A model generated the notes under the pieces. It ran no database searches and had not been told where the DNA came from. It saw only the letters and a list, made by a program, of their open reading frames with translations. A stretch of 64,000 bases of DNA from a virus. Lineage: Duplodnaviria > Caudoviricetes. The position numbers and the translations under genes are program-made. Shown piece after piece: positions 48,725-57,871 of this stretch (positions are counted from its first letter, which is position 1; each line of letters starts with the position of its first letter). The stretch covers positions 2,117-66,116 of the IMG/VR virus record IMGVR_UViG_3300036045_000523; one strand, 5' to 3'.

Positions 48725-51120
48725 TACAAATAACCTAACGGGATTGCAAACCTCTTGCTCGCTCCTTCTTTTGTTTTGTATATTTCAACGTGTAAATGAG
48801 GCGCTGTCCCTATGCCAGTATTCCCACTGTAAGCAATAATCTGACCATGATTATATTTACCACTGCCACCACTGTCTAGGTGAAAATAATAAAAGGTAAA
48901 TTCTCCATATTCATACTTTACAGTATTCCCAGCACCCCCCCACCTAGGAATATACTCTACATTTACTGACTCACCAGGCTTACATACCGCATATAATTTA
49001 GTTCGCATATTGCAATCTACATCAGTTCCATTATGCATCTTGCGAACTTTTGTTACTGGATGTATTCGCATTCCGTAGGGTGATGTTACCCTGCGACCTG
49101 TCCCCTCAATAACATCGCCTCTTGCTGCTGCTTTCTTCCACCTTGGATCCCATTTTTCGTATAGCTGATTCCCTGATGAACTTACTACACCTGCACCGCT
49201 CACTGCTCCACCTTGTGTTGCGGTATCTTGCTTGATAACGATCGCAACTGGTAAATAAATCGATGCTGATGATGCGATGGTCGAAGACCGACCTTCGGTC
49301 ATCGCGCCATTACTCCAATTGTGTCTGATCTGGGATATGCGATATTCTCGATCTATCGCTAACCCGTACCCGGTTTGTGGCAGTACAATTTCACCAGGTT
49401 GCCAATTTAATACATCTGGCTGCAAGACCGACAAAATCTGTAATTGTCCTTCAAACCCTTTCCCTATACCTTTTTTCTCATCGGCCGCTGAATTTGGCAA
49501 GAGTATTCCTACTTTGTTCAGATTTACTGGCGTTGCTAGCTTCTCTAATTCTTTAGATACTGAGGGTAAGTCTGTACCACTTTGCTCCGTAGTCCCACCG
49601 CTTTTTGGGCTTACAGTGCTGGTGATAGTTGGCGCTGAACGCTCACTGCTAGCAGAATCCCCCCAAGTACTACCAGGGGCGATCGCTTCTGGTAGTACAA
49701 CCCGTATTTTATCTGTCACCTTCAACGGTTCAAGTTTAAGTTTATTCGCATCACCACGAATAAATAAACCAACTGTTGCAGCTGCTCTAACCAATGCTTG
49801 GTAATCAGTCTCATTCTTTTGAACGATTGTTAGAATTTTATCAGTATCCGCATTGTCGCTAATTTCTAGGTCAGCCCCAATCTTTGAGGTAATCTCACCA
49901 GCAAATTGTCTAATAGTTGTATTTCGTTTCACACCAAACGACTTAGAAGACTTAGCTGCGATCGCTCTCACTTGCCTTCCTTGTATCGTTGTTGTGTGGG
50001 GTATGCGATCGCTTCCCTGTACCTCGGTCAAGATAAATTCATATATTGTTGGTGCTATATCGTTAAATCCTAACTCGATGTAAATTCTAATTCCTTGAGT
50101 TACGTCTAATTTATTTTCTCCTGTTTGCCGTGATGTTTTTAGTTCAGTAAGTGAAGGGACAGCAGAAGGCAAGTTATTGATTGGCGTTGTAGGTGATTGA
50201 ATTGTTTTAGAAGCAGCCTTAAACCGATTGTAATTAGCAATAAAATTAACTTTTCTGCCTCCTGGAGTGCCTTGCCCGTAACGTTTAGGCTCTAAGCTTG
50301 CCCATTCCCAAGACGCTCCATTACCTTTTCGTCCATCCCCATTTAAAGCCGCTTCAATATCGCCCTTTTCCACTTCTTCAAGGATGCCTCTGTACATCAT
50401 TCTGCCAACGGCTAGAATCTCTTGCGATATTGGCTTAAAATCTTTTAGCCCTAGCCCCCGCGAACCATACGCTGTATCATCGTTCCAAACAAAATCCATC
50501 GTTTGATATCTACCAGTCGCAGAAGAGGTATAGCCTGACGCAGATCGCCTCCGCAAAGGATGCGTCATCAATGTTTTGGGATCAAAAGTTTCTACACCAT
50601 TTACGTCACCGAATAGGTAGCCATATCCGCCTTTTGCAGCTGCGTTATCCCCCAGTTCCGCGATCGCTACCGCATCTAAAAAAGCCCTCACGTTTGGATT
50701 ACTTAGCGCAGAGTAAGCTTTTCGCCCCACCGGAGTTAACCCACTCAAGTCTGATGCCCCATATTTTTGCTCTAACTGTTTCAAATATCCGTTAGGGTCA
50801 TTATTTATAATAGGTGTTCCACTTGATGATTCTGACAAATCAACTTTCTTATCTTCAAACAATTCCTTTGAAACAAAAATGCCTCCTACTCGCTGGAACT
50901 CAGTTAGCAGGAGGTTTAACAATTTTAATTTATGGTCGTATATTGATATGCTACAGCTCGATGCTCTTTCTTGCTCACCTAACATAACCTCAACCGACTG
51001 CAAATACCCGATCCACTTCGTTACGGAGGTGTCCTCCGTTGTAGCACGTGGCGTGTCATCGTTGCTGTACACAAATTTATTGCCAATATTTACCCGACAA
51101 CTTGGCGATCGCAACCGCAT
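48694..51120 (-). CDS. Baseplate hub (gpD-like) fused to a lambda-type lysozyme and an M23 peptidase
   Basis: NVRAFLD.VA.AE, SSATGRYQ, EWASL; NETDYQ.L; SPYGMR.HP...HNGTD...FHL...GNTG..TAPHLH. Confidence 0.8.
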   Translation of the reverse strand: MRLRSPSCRVNIGNKFVYSNDDTPRATTEDTSVTKWIGYLQSVEVMLGEQERASSCSISIYDHKLKLLNLLLTEFQRVGGIFVSKELFEDKKVDLSESSSGTPIINNDPNGYLKQLEQKYGASDLSGLTPVGRKAYSALSNPNVRAFLDAVAIAELGDNAAAKGGYGYLFGDVNGVETFDPKTLMTHPLRRRSASGYTSSATGRYQTMDFVWNDDTAYGSRGLGLKDFKPISQEILAVGRMMYRGILEEVEKGDIEAALNGDGRKGNGASWEWASLEPKRYGQGTPGGRKVNFIANYNRFKAASKTIQSPTTPINNLPSAVPSLTELKTSRQTGENKLDVTQGIRIYIELGFNDIAPTIYEFILTEVQGSDRIPHTTTIQGRQVRAIAAKSSKSFGVKRNTTIRQFAGEITSKIGADLEISDNADTDKILTIVQKNETDYQALVRAAATVGLFIRGDANKLKLEPLKVTDKIRVVLPEAIAPGSTWGDSASSERSAPTITSTVSPKSGGTTEQSGTDLPSVSKELEKLATPVNLNKVGILLPNSAADEKKGIGKGFEGQLQILSVLQPDVLNWQPGEIVLPQTGYGLAIDREYRISQIRHNWSNGAMTEGRSSTIASSASIYLPVAIVIKQDTATQGGAVSGAGVVSSSGNQLYEKWDPRWKKAAARGDVIEGTGRRVTSPYGMRIHPVTKVRKMHNGTDVDCNMRTKLYAVCKPGESVNVEYIPRWGGAGNTVKYEYGEFTFYYFHLDSGGSGKYNHGQIIAYSGNTGIGTAPHLHVEIYKTKEGASKRFAIPLGYLYWILTGNFPP
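49274..49305. repeat. HIP1 site interrupted by a 24-nt insert (SDR-type)
   Basis: gcgatggtcgaagaccgaccttcggtcatcgc = GCGATCGC plus 24 nt, in frame. Confidence 0.6.
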
Positions 51121-51184
51121 AGTATTTTCCTGCTAAACTAGCTTTATTAATTAGCACAAATATTATTTTACAGACACAAAGTTT

Positions 51185-51412
51185 ATGAAGCAGTCGGTTC
51201 TAGTTGAGCTAGCAAACAAAGCGATCGCCAGATGGAACGATCCGAATCTTCCAAAGTTACCAGGAAAACCAATTGTAAAAGTTGTTTCATCAAAATTAGC
51301 GAATGAATTAGAACTACATCCTAATGTCATTGGAGTTTATCTAGGAACAACCTCCAAAGGGATGCATACCTACAACGTGCCTGCACACGCAATTATTAAA
51401 TATTTCTCATAG
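51185..51412 (+). CDS. Hypothetical protein
   Basis: 75-aa ORF. Confidence 0.55.
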   Translation: MKQSVLVELANKAIARWNDPNLPKLPGKPIVKVVSSKLANELELHPNVIGVYLGTTSKGMHTYNVPAHAIIKYFS

Positions 51413-51422
51413 GTAAATTTTT

Positions 51423-51635
51423 GTGGGATTAAAACATGATCGTGTATTGTCGGGAGATAAAGTAAAAGAGCTTCGAGAAAAGCATGAGTTGTCACAAGGA
51501 CAGTTAGCGGTGATTCTGGGAGTCCGGCAGCAATGTGTTGCTAATTACGAAAAGAAAGGAGTAAGAAATTATTGGATGGTAGCAAGAATTGCGATCGCAT
51601 TTGGAATTACTGAAGAGGAATTATGGAGCCTGTAA
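51423..51635 (+). CDS. XRE-family HTH regulator
   Basis: KELRE...LSQGQLA..LGV.QQ.VANYE. Confidence 0.85.
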   Translation: MGLKHDRVLSGDKVKELREKHELSQGQLAVILGVRQQCVANYEKKGVRNYWMVARIAIAFGITEEELWSL

Positions 51636-51663
51636 ATTGGAACTGAGAGAGAAAATAATATTG

Positions 51664-52506
51664 ATGCAGCGATATGACGAATTGTTGCACAAGATGGAAA
51701 ACCATGCGATCGCACGTTTAAACCAAATTCTACTCAACTCTTACCAACGACTAGAAAGAACTATGCAAGTAAGGTGGGAAGAAATGCAGCGCGATCGCCC
51801 TTTTATCTCTTCCTATCGTCAGCTTTATGTTGCTGAGCAACTGGGAGTTTTTTTACAAGTTATTAACCCGCGGGAAAAGTTTTTATACGAATCATTGTTT
51901 AATGAACTACTTATTGAAGCTAGCAACTACGGAATAGATATAAGCACTGATTTTATTGGCACAGCATTCTCTAACGTACCAGTAGAAGCGATCACCTTCT
52001 CCGTTCAAGAATCCTATAATCGGCTACTACGCCATGGTGATAATTTCGCAACTCAAGCATCTATTGTGATCGGTGAAGGTCTAGCCCAAGGCTGGGGCGT
52101 CAATAAAGTAACGGCATTATTGAGAGAACAGCTAGGGATAATTAAGTCTAGGGCGGAGGCGATCGCACGTACCGAGTCCATTAAAGCCTACAGTAATGCT
52201 TCACAACAAAAGTACAAGGATGCTGGAATCAATGAGGTGATATGGGTGACAGTACGTGAGGGTGTATGCAAGTTTTGCGCTTGGCGGTCAGGGAAGGCTT
52301 TTAAACTAGGTTCTGTTATTCACCCTGGACACGTTTCTTGTAGATGCGCTCTTTACCCCGTGGTTGGCGACAAAGATAATGACTTTTGGGCGACCTATTT
52401 ATCGGAGGATATAGACGATCCTGGTATGATGCCGTTTGAAAAAAACGCAGGCTTTGCGATCGCGCCTAACCCGACGTGGATACCTAAATTGAAAAAAAAC
52501 GGATAA
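51664..52506 (+). CDS. MuF / SPP1 gp7-like minor head protein
   Basis: RAEAIARTE...VC.FC..R.G...P.H..CRC. Confidence 0.85.
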   Translation: MQRYDELLHKMENHAIARLNQILLNSYQRLERTMQVRWEEMQRDRPFISSYRQLYVAEQLGVFLQVINPREKFLYESLFNELLIEASNYGIDISTDFIGTAFSNVPVEAITFSVQESYNRLLRHGDNFATQASIVIGEGLAQGWGVNKVTALLREQLGIIKSRAEAIARTESIKAYSNASQQKYKDAGINEVIWVTVREGVCKFCAWRSGKAFKLGSVIHPGHVSCRCALYPVVGDKDNDFWATYLSEDIDDPGMMPFEKNAGFAIAPNPTWIPKLKKNG

Positions 52507-52554
52507 TATTGTACATCAAAATATACAATTAATATATCTGCAACACTTTTTCAA

Positions 52555-54510
52555 ATGAACGAACTAGAAAAAATGCTGTTGGGTGGCGATCGCGCTATAG
52601 AATGGTTGTCAAGTCAAGCCACTGCGTTGCGCCTTGACGATTCAACCCCAATACAACGAGTAATCGAATGGCAAGGATTCAAAATTGGGCTTCAGTATTT
52701 ACCATTTGAGCAACGGCATGGAAAGATGTTGGTCGCTGGATATGGGCACATTCAAAAGACCAAAGGTGCAGATGGTATGGCGGTCGATTGTTATGTATCA
52801 ACGAATTTAGATAGCCCAAAAGTGTTTGCGATCGCTCAAATGATTAACGGTGAATTTGATGAAGAAAAAATAATAATTGGAGTGGCGAACGCGGAGGAAG
52901 CTTCATCAATTTATTTAAAAGCGATGCCGAAGGAATTCTTTGGGGGGATAAGGGAAATGACGATCGCAGAATTACGTGAATATCGTACAGATGCATGGAG
53001 GGAAGAGAGAATCGACGCAATATTTACCGACAAGGAGTTACATGATGCGATCGTTAAAGAGGCACGAAATAAATTTAATCCTTATCCGAGTAGATATGCT
53101 GGATACTGGATTAGCCAGGAATATAAAAAACGCTATACAAAGAAACACAAAAGAACAGGGGGCATAAGGACGGAACACGATATCCGTTTAGATTTTGCTT
53201 GTGGGGTTTTACCAGCTGATGCCGCTTTAAAGATGTTAGGCTATGGAGAGATTAGCTCAGATGCTATTAAAGCAAGCCAGTACGTTGCGGAGGTGTCCTC
53301 CGTTCAAGCACCTGGCGCGTCCATGTTTACATATGGGCGCTTTGCTTATGCCGAAGAATTAGAAGAACGCGACTTGGAGGCAGGGGTAGGGGTATTTGAA
53401 ATATCAAGACGCGATCGCCCGGAACTGTACGCTATCGGTTTTGACAATGAACAGCACGCCGAGGAAACGTATCTCAAGCAGCGACCAGATGAATTAAATT
53501 TTTATTTAGGTGTAACGCAAATTACTGATGAGGATGCCTACCGTACTCATCGTGTTGACAGCGCAAAGGTAAAAGGTAATCTGTGTCGTGGTGCGGATGG
53601 GCGCTTTATATCTTGTGGTGCAACAACGCCACAAATAATAAAGACAGAAAGAATTACAAGTAAGACGAATTTAGCGCAATTGAAGACCATCGCAGACCGA
53701 CACGGGATACAAAAACCTTCTTCTCCCCACAAGCGATCTTCATGGAAGGAAGCGATCGCTTCTCACCCAGAAGGAAAACAATATTTTGAAACTAAGCGTT
53801 CATCCACGATGAATGCAAGAACAGTTTTTACAGCTTCAACTGATAAAAACAAAATCAACAAAGATTTAGCAAGCTGGGATTATAAGGAACTTAAGCCAAT
53901 TATTGATAAAGCGAATGCTGACAGACAATTAAATAACGCGCAAGGGCGATTGAGGGATGCGATCGCGGATAACAAAGATAAAAGGGTTATCGACAATTTA
54001 AGTAAAGATGTTGATTTTCAGCAGAAAAGAGTTAACGAAGCAAAAGCACGAGTTGATGAATTAATCCCACCCAATTCGCCCTACCTTAAGGCATCAGGAC
54101 AGACCTTAAGCGAAAACGCTAGAATTGGTTCAGTTATAAAAGATGCACGAACGGATGAGAAAATAGCAGTTTATGATAGTAAAGGAAATTTGTCGGCAGC
54201 CGCAACAATAATATTAGTCAAAGAGAGTAAACCAGGAGAGCCACCCCATTTATTTGTTGATTATTTAGCAACCGCACCGTGGAATCTTGCTGACACTGAC
54301 AAGAAGGTAAAAGGTGCGGGCACTGAAGTGCTGTTAGAATCAATTAGGTTAAGCAAGAAAGAAGGTATGAATGGTCGAATAAAGCTTATCCCAGTAGACA
54401 ACTCTTTTAACTTTTATGAGAAATTAGGGTTTCAAGAAATTAAAAATAGTTTTACCTGGGAATTGTCACCTAAACAAGCAGATATACTGTTATCAAAGTT
54501 TGGAGGTTAA
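52555..54510 (+). CDS. Polyvalent protein: inorganic-pyrophosphatase-like domain(s), Cys motif, C-terminal GNAT
   Basis: YGHIQKT.GADG.AVDCYV...FDEEK.IIG; FNPYPSRYAGYW...YKK; VDYLATAPWN...KGAG...FYEKLGF. Confidence 0.75.
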   Translation: MNELEKMLLGGDRAIEWLSSQATALRLDDSTPIQRVIEWQGFKIGLQYLPFEQRHGKMLVAGYGHIQKTKGADGMAVDCYVSTNLDSPKVFAIAQMINGEFDEEKIIIGVANAEEASSIYLKAMPKEFFGGIREMTIAELREYRTDAWREERIDAIFTDKELHDAIVKEARNKFNPYPSRYAGYWISQEYKKRYTKKHKRTGGIRTEHDIRLDFACGVLPADAALKMLGYGEISSDAIKASQYVAEVSSVQAPGASMFTYGRFAYAEELEERDLEAGVGVFEISRRDRPELYAIGFDNEQHAEETYLKQRPDELNFYLGVTQITDEDAYRTHRVDSAKVKGNLCRGADGRFISCGATTPQIIKTERITSKTNLAQLKTIADRHGIQKPSSPHKRSSWKEAIASHPEGKQYFETKRSSTMNARTVFTASTDKNKINKDLASWDYKELKPIIDKANADRQLNNAQGRLRDAIADNKDKRVIDNLSKDVDFQQKRVNEAKARVDELIPPNSPYLKASGQTLSENARIGSVIKDARTDEKIAVYDSKGNLSAAATIILVKESKPGEPPHLFVDYLATAPWNLADTDKKVKGAGTEVLLESIRLSKKEGMNGRIKLIPVDNSFNFYEKLGFQEIKNSFTWELSPKQADILLSKFGG

Positions 54511-54512
54511 CC

Positions 54513-55790
54513 ATGGACGAAGATTTTTTAAATGAGGTATACGAGCTTGAAGAAGAACACCCGCCCTTAGTCGATAAAAGATTTCGTTTAGATTGCCAGC
54601 GCCGTGCGGAGGTTACTCCTTATTTTTGGACAGATGGTGAGATTGCAGAGGCAAACGCAAATATATACGCTATAAATCACCATACAGGTGGAGTATTAGC
54701 GATCGCATACAGTTCTCAAGAAGAAGCGATTGCGGCATTTAAAGAAAGTTATGGTTTAGAGATTGAATCAATCTTCGACGCAACTGACTTAATACTTGAA
54801 AGAATAGATTACTTGCAGCTAGATGCCATTCTTAAGCCAGTTAAAGGTAATTTGTGCAGAGACGCTAGAGGGAAATTCTGTAGTTGCGGCAAGCCAGTAA
54901 CCAAAGTTGAATCAAGTCTAGCGAAAAAGCGTAGAGAAAACAAAGAAGCAAGAAAAAATGATTACAAGTATGTTTTAAAGCAAACTGATTTTAGTGATCA
55001 TAAACAAGTTGAAACATTAGGTAAATTGTTTAGCGATCGCTTTTATAAAGATATACTACCGTCTGACCAGGAAATTAAATTAAAACAGGATTGGGAAGCA
55101 GCGCAAAAATTAAAGCCAGGAAGCAGGCAGGCAAACACTTTAGGAAGAAAATATTATGACGCAATCCGCGAGCGCGAAAAAATTGAATCTCGACAAGACG
55201 AGGCATTAAGAGAAGCAATTATAAAGCATCATAATATCTCAAAAGAAGCAGCGATCGCACAAGCCAAGGCTACAGTCTTTTTTAGCGAAAGGCTGGGTAA
55301 AGACGAAGACAGCATACGGGAGTATCAAGCAGAATTTTATCAATTAACTGGCGGTAAAACTAGTAATTCTTTACGTCAAGTTACGAAGACAGAACCAAGA
55401 GCTTATGCTAACAAAGAACTAGGAATGATTAACGTTGGTAGCAACAGTGACAAAGCAACATACTTTCATGAAGCTGCTCATCATGTTGAATTTGAAAGCA
55501 AAGAATTAATGAAGGCATCTCAGACGTGGAGAGCAGATAAAGCAACAGGAGACTATCCAGAACCTTTAAAGGAAATAACAGGAAATAGGTTTTATACTGA
55601 AGATGAGAAAGCGTATCGCGGAAAATTTTTTAATCCTTATGTAGGTAAATATTATAATGACGGTGCTACTGAAGTGATTTCTATGGGAATTGAGCGCTTT
55701 AGTGATGCTAGTTCTATGCGTCAGTTCAGGAACCAAGACAGATCACACTTTAATTTTACTATAGGAGTACTACTAAAAAATGTTGATTAA
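54513..55790 (+). CDS. Modular protein with Cys motif and C-terminal zincin metallopeptidase
   Basis: FHEAAHHVE...YVGK.Y..GATEVISMG.E. Confidence 0.75.
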   Translation: MDEDFLNEVYELEEEHPPLVDKRFRLDCQRRAEVTPYFWTDGEIAEANANIYAINHHTGGVLAIAYSSQEEAIAAFKESYGLEIESIFDATDLILERIDYLQLDAILKPVKGNLCRDARGKFCSCGKPVTKVESSLAKKRRENKEARKNDYKYVLKQTDFSDHKQVETLGKLFSDRFYKDILPSDQEIKLKQDWEAAQKLKPGSRQANTLGRKYYDAIREREKIESRQDEALREAIIKHHNISKEAAIAQAKATVFFSERLGKDEDSIREYQAEFYQLTGGKTSNSLRQVTKTEPRAYANKELGMINVGSNSDKATYFHEAAHHVEFESKELMKASQTWRADKATGDYPEPLKEITGNRFYTEDEKAYRGKFFNPYVGKYYNDGATEVISMGIERFSDASSMRQFRNQDRSHFNFTIGVLLKNVD

Positions 55791-56067
55791 ATTAACTCAT
55801 ACCGAAAGCTCAGAAGACATTGTAATTACCACCTCAAATGATGACCCCACCGAAATTGTTAATGTTAGTTTTTCCCCGCTTACGCATAAAGAGCAATTAA
55901 TGTATGAATTAGAAAATTCTACCGGAATGTATGGACATAAAATTAAACTAGATTCTTTAAATAATCTAGATTTAACGGCAGCGGTGCGATCGCTCCCCTC
56001 ATTTTTGGTTTTCAGTATTGAACCATACATTACAGCGTCAGCATTGCCGAACGGCTCTGTAAGCTAA
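55780..56067 (+). CDS. Small coupled protein, putative immunity partner
   Basis: Overlaps the peptidase stop codon. Confidence 0.5.
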   Translation: MLIKLTHTESSEDIVITTSNDDPTEIVNVSFSPLTHKEQLMYELENSTGMYGHKIKLDSLNNLDLTAAVRSLPSFLVFSIEPYITASALPNGSVS

Positions 56068-56459
56068 ACGACAATTGCCCCCCAACTACTAGACGTATCA
56101 GTGGAGGTATCAAAACCAGTTTTGCAGCCGCATAAAAGACGTACATTTCTTACTGTCCAGCTATCTGGTATATTAGCTGAACCGTCTACAGCTTCTTGCA
56201 TAGCCAGCAATCCCTCAATTGCTGGCTTTAGTTCTTCTGGCTTTAAAAACTTAGCCCCATCTCCCTCGTATAGCTGTTGTCGTACGCTTCCTGATGCGCT
56301 CCAGAGGTGAAAAGCAGCTACTATCCAGGGACGATAAGTTAGAGACGATCGCGATTGATTTAATAATACCGTTAATGCATCATCCCAACTGTAGTTAGTT
56401 GGCGATATGCCCGCGTACTGTTTTACAATTGCGATCGCAGAATCTATGGTGTTAAACAT
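56064..56459 (-). CDS. Putative head-tail connector
   Basis: 131 aa; YRPWIVAA. Confidence 0.45.
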   Translation of the reverse strand: MFNTIDSAIAIVKQYAGISPTNYSWDDALTVLLNQSRSSLTYRPWIVAAFHLWSASGSVRQQLYEGDGAKFLKPEELKPAIEGLLAMQEAVDGSANIPDSWTVRNVRLLCGCKTGFDTSTDTSSSWGAIVV

Positions 56460-56460
56460 A

Positions 56461-57564
56461 TTAATATTTAAATTCTCTCCCTTGGTTAATTAAAGTAATT
56501 TCTAAGGTAGCAAGTTTTGCTACCGTCCAAGCGTTTGGCAATGGTTGAGGTTGAGCGAGATTATTGAGTAGACATGACACAATACCCTCTGTAATCCCTG
56601 ACACCTCTTGTATTCTTTTCTCAAGCGCTTTATTAAGTATTAAGTCACCAAGCGGTAAGTTTCCTGGTCGAAGATAACTTTTGACTTTATCTTGAACCAG
56701 TGGGGCAATTAAATCGGGATTTGCGGTGTTAGCGATCGCAGCAACAACACTGACATTGATATCAAAAGTTTCGACATCCCAAAGGGTGACTAGCGCCATT
56801 GCAGCTTTTCTGTTGAGGAAAGATTCTAACTGCGATCGCACTGGCTGAGTCATAGGCAAACCATCGCCATTCAACACGAATACCCCAACGTAACCGTTCC
56901 CGTATGTTGCTTTATCCGGCTTTAACCGTCCAACAGCTAAGGCGACTGAACCATATCCTAAATATTCTCGTACCGCATCCTCAAAATCATCCTCAGATAA
57001 AAGCGTATCTCGTCGCCGCAAGCTCCCTAGTATGCGGTTTTTCCATTCTTCATCAGTTTCAGCTTTTTGTCCACCAGTTGGTAATTCCGCCCAGGAAATA
57101 GATGCGACGCGAGGAATGGGAGAATAAGTAATTATGTTTTCTATGTATTCGCCGATAGTAAGAGCGATCGCCACTGCCGTACCACTAGTTTGATAAGGAG
57201 CGATCGCCACCTCCTCAACTGTTTCCCAGGATATTCCAGAACTAGAAAAGCGGAATCCTGAAGGTAACAAAAAGGATTCCGCATAAACTCCATCCAAATC
57301 TATTTTGATGGATCCTACAGCTGCCACACCGAGGCGTCGTTCAACACCAAAATATGAAATTCTATTTTTCTCTAAGTTGGCGGCTAATTCGTTAACTCGT
57401 TGAATAACCTCGCTTGCCGCGATCGCATTTGCTTCTAGTATCGCCGACACAGGAGAGGTGGGAGAAAAATCTGTTAGCTTACCACCTGATACGGTGATCG
57501 CTTTTTCTTTTGCTACATCAAATAGTTGTTGTGCTGTCGTTAAATCAACTTGCGGGGGTTGCAT
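56461..57564 (-). CDS. Baseplate J-like protein
   Basis: GG..AETDEE...RI...R.......DFE. Confidence 0.88.
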   Translation of the reverse strand: MQPPQVDLTTAQQLFDVAKEKAITVSGGKLTDFSPTSPVSAILEANAIAASEVIQRVNELAANLEKNRISYFGVERRLGVAAVGSIKIDLDGVYAESFLLPSGFRFSSSGISWETVEEVAIAPYQTSGTAVAIALTIGEYIENIITYSPIPRVASISWAELPTGGQKAETDEEWKNRILGSLRRRDTLLSEDDFEDAVREYLGYGSVALAVGRLKPDKATYGNGYVGVFVLNGDGLPMTQPVRSQLESFLNRKAAMALVTLWDVETFDINVSVVAAIANTANPDLIAPLVQDKVKSYLRPGNLPLGDLILNKALEKRIQEVSGITEGIVSCLLNNLAQPQPLPNAWTVAKLATLEITLINQGREFKY

Positions 57565-57856
57565 AAAGTAATGTGTCTCCTGTGGCTAATTTAATCTCCA
57601 ATGTTAACGTTCCGCTCGCTATCTCTTTAACTGTTACCTGCGATTGAATGTTATTAAGCGCAATTGCTAAACGTATTCTTTCAGCAAATAGTTGAGGTAA
57701 TGCAGTCGAGTATAGCAATTCCAGGGGTACGCCAAAATCAGGAAATAACAAGCGCTCGCCCATAATGGTATCAAGAAGATGTCGTACACGTGACATATTA
57801 ATAACGCCACTTTTTAAGCTTCCTTGCAAATAGGATAAAGGGTAAGATACATTCAT
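57545..57856 (-). CDS. Baseplate wedge (gp25/gpW-like)
   Basis: LL.T..GER...PDFG. Confidence 0.85.
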   Translation of the reverse strand: MNVSYPLSYLQGSLKSGVINMSRVRHLLDTIMGERLLFPDFGVPLELLYSTALPQLFAERIRLAIALNNIQSQVTVKEIASGTLTLEIKLATGDTLLYATPAS

Positions 57857-57871
57857 TATTTAAAAATACAT

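Noticed and set aside
35822-57856. Stand-alone tailocin or extracellular contractile injection system
   Set aside because: Portal, protease, capsid, terminase and replication genes are present, so this is a phage.
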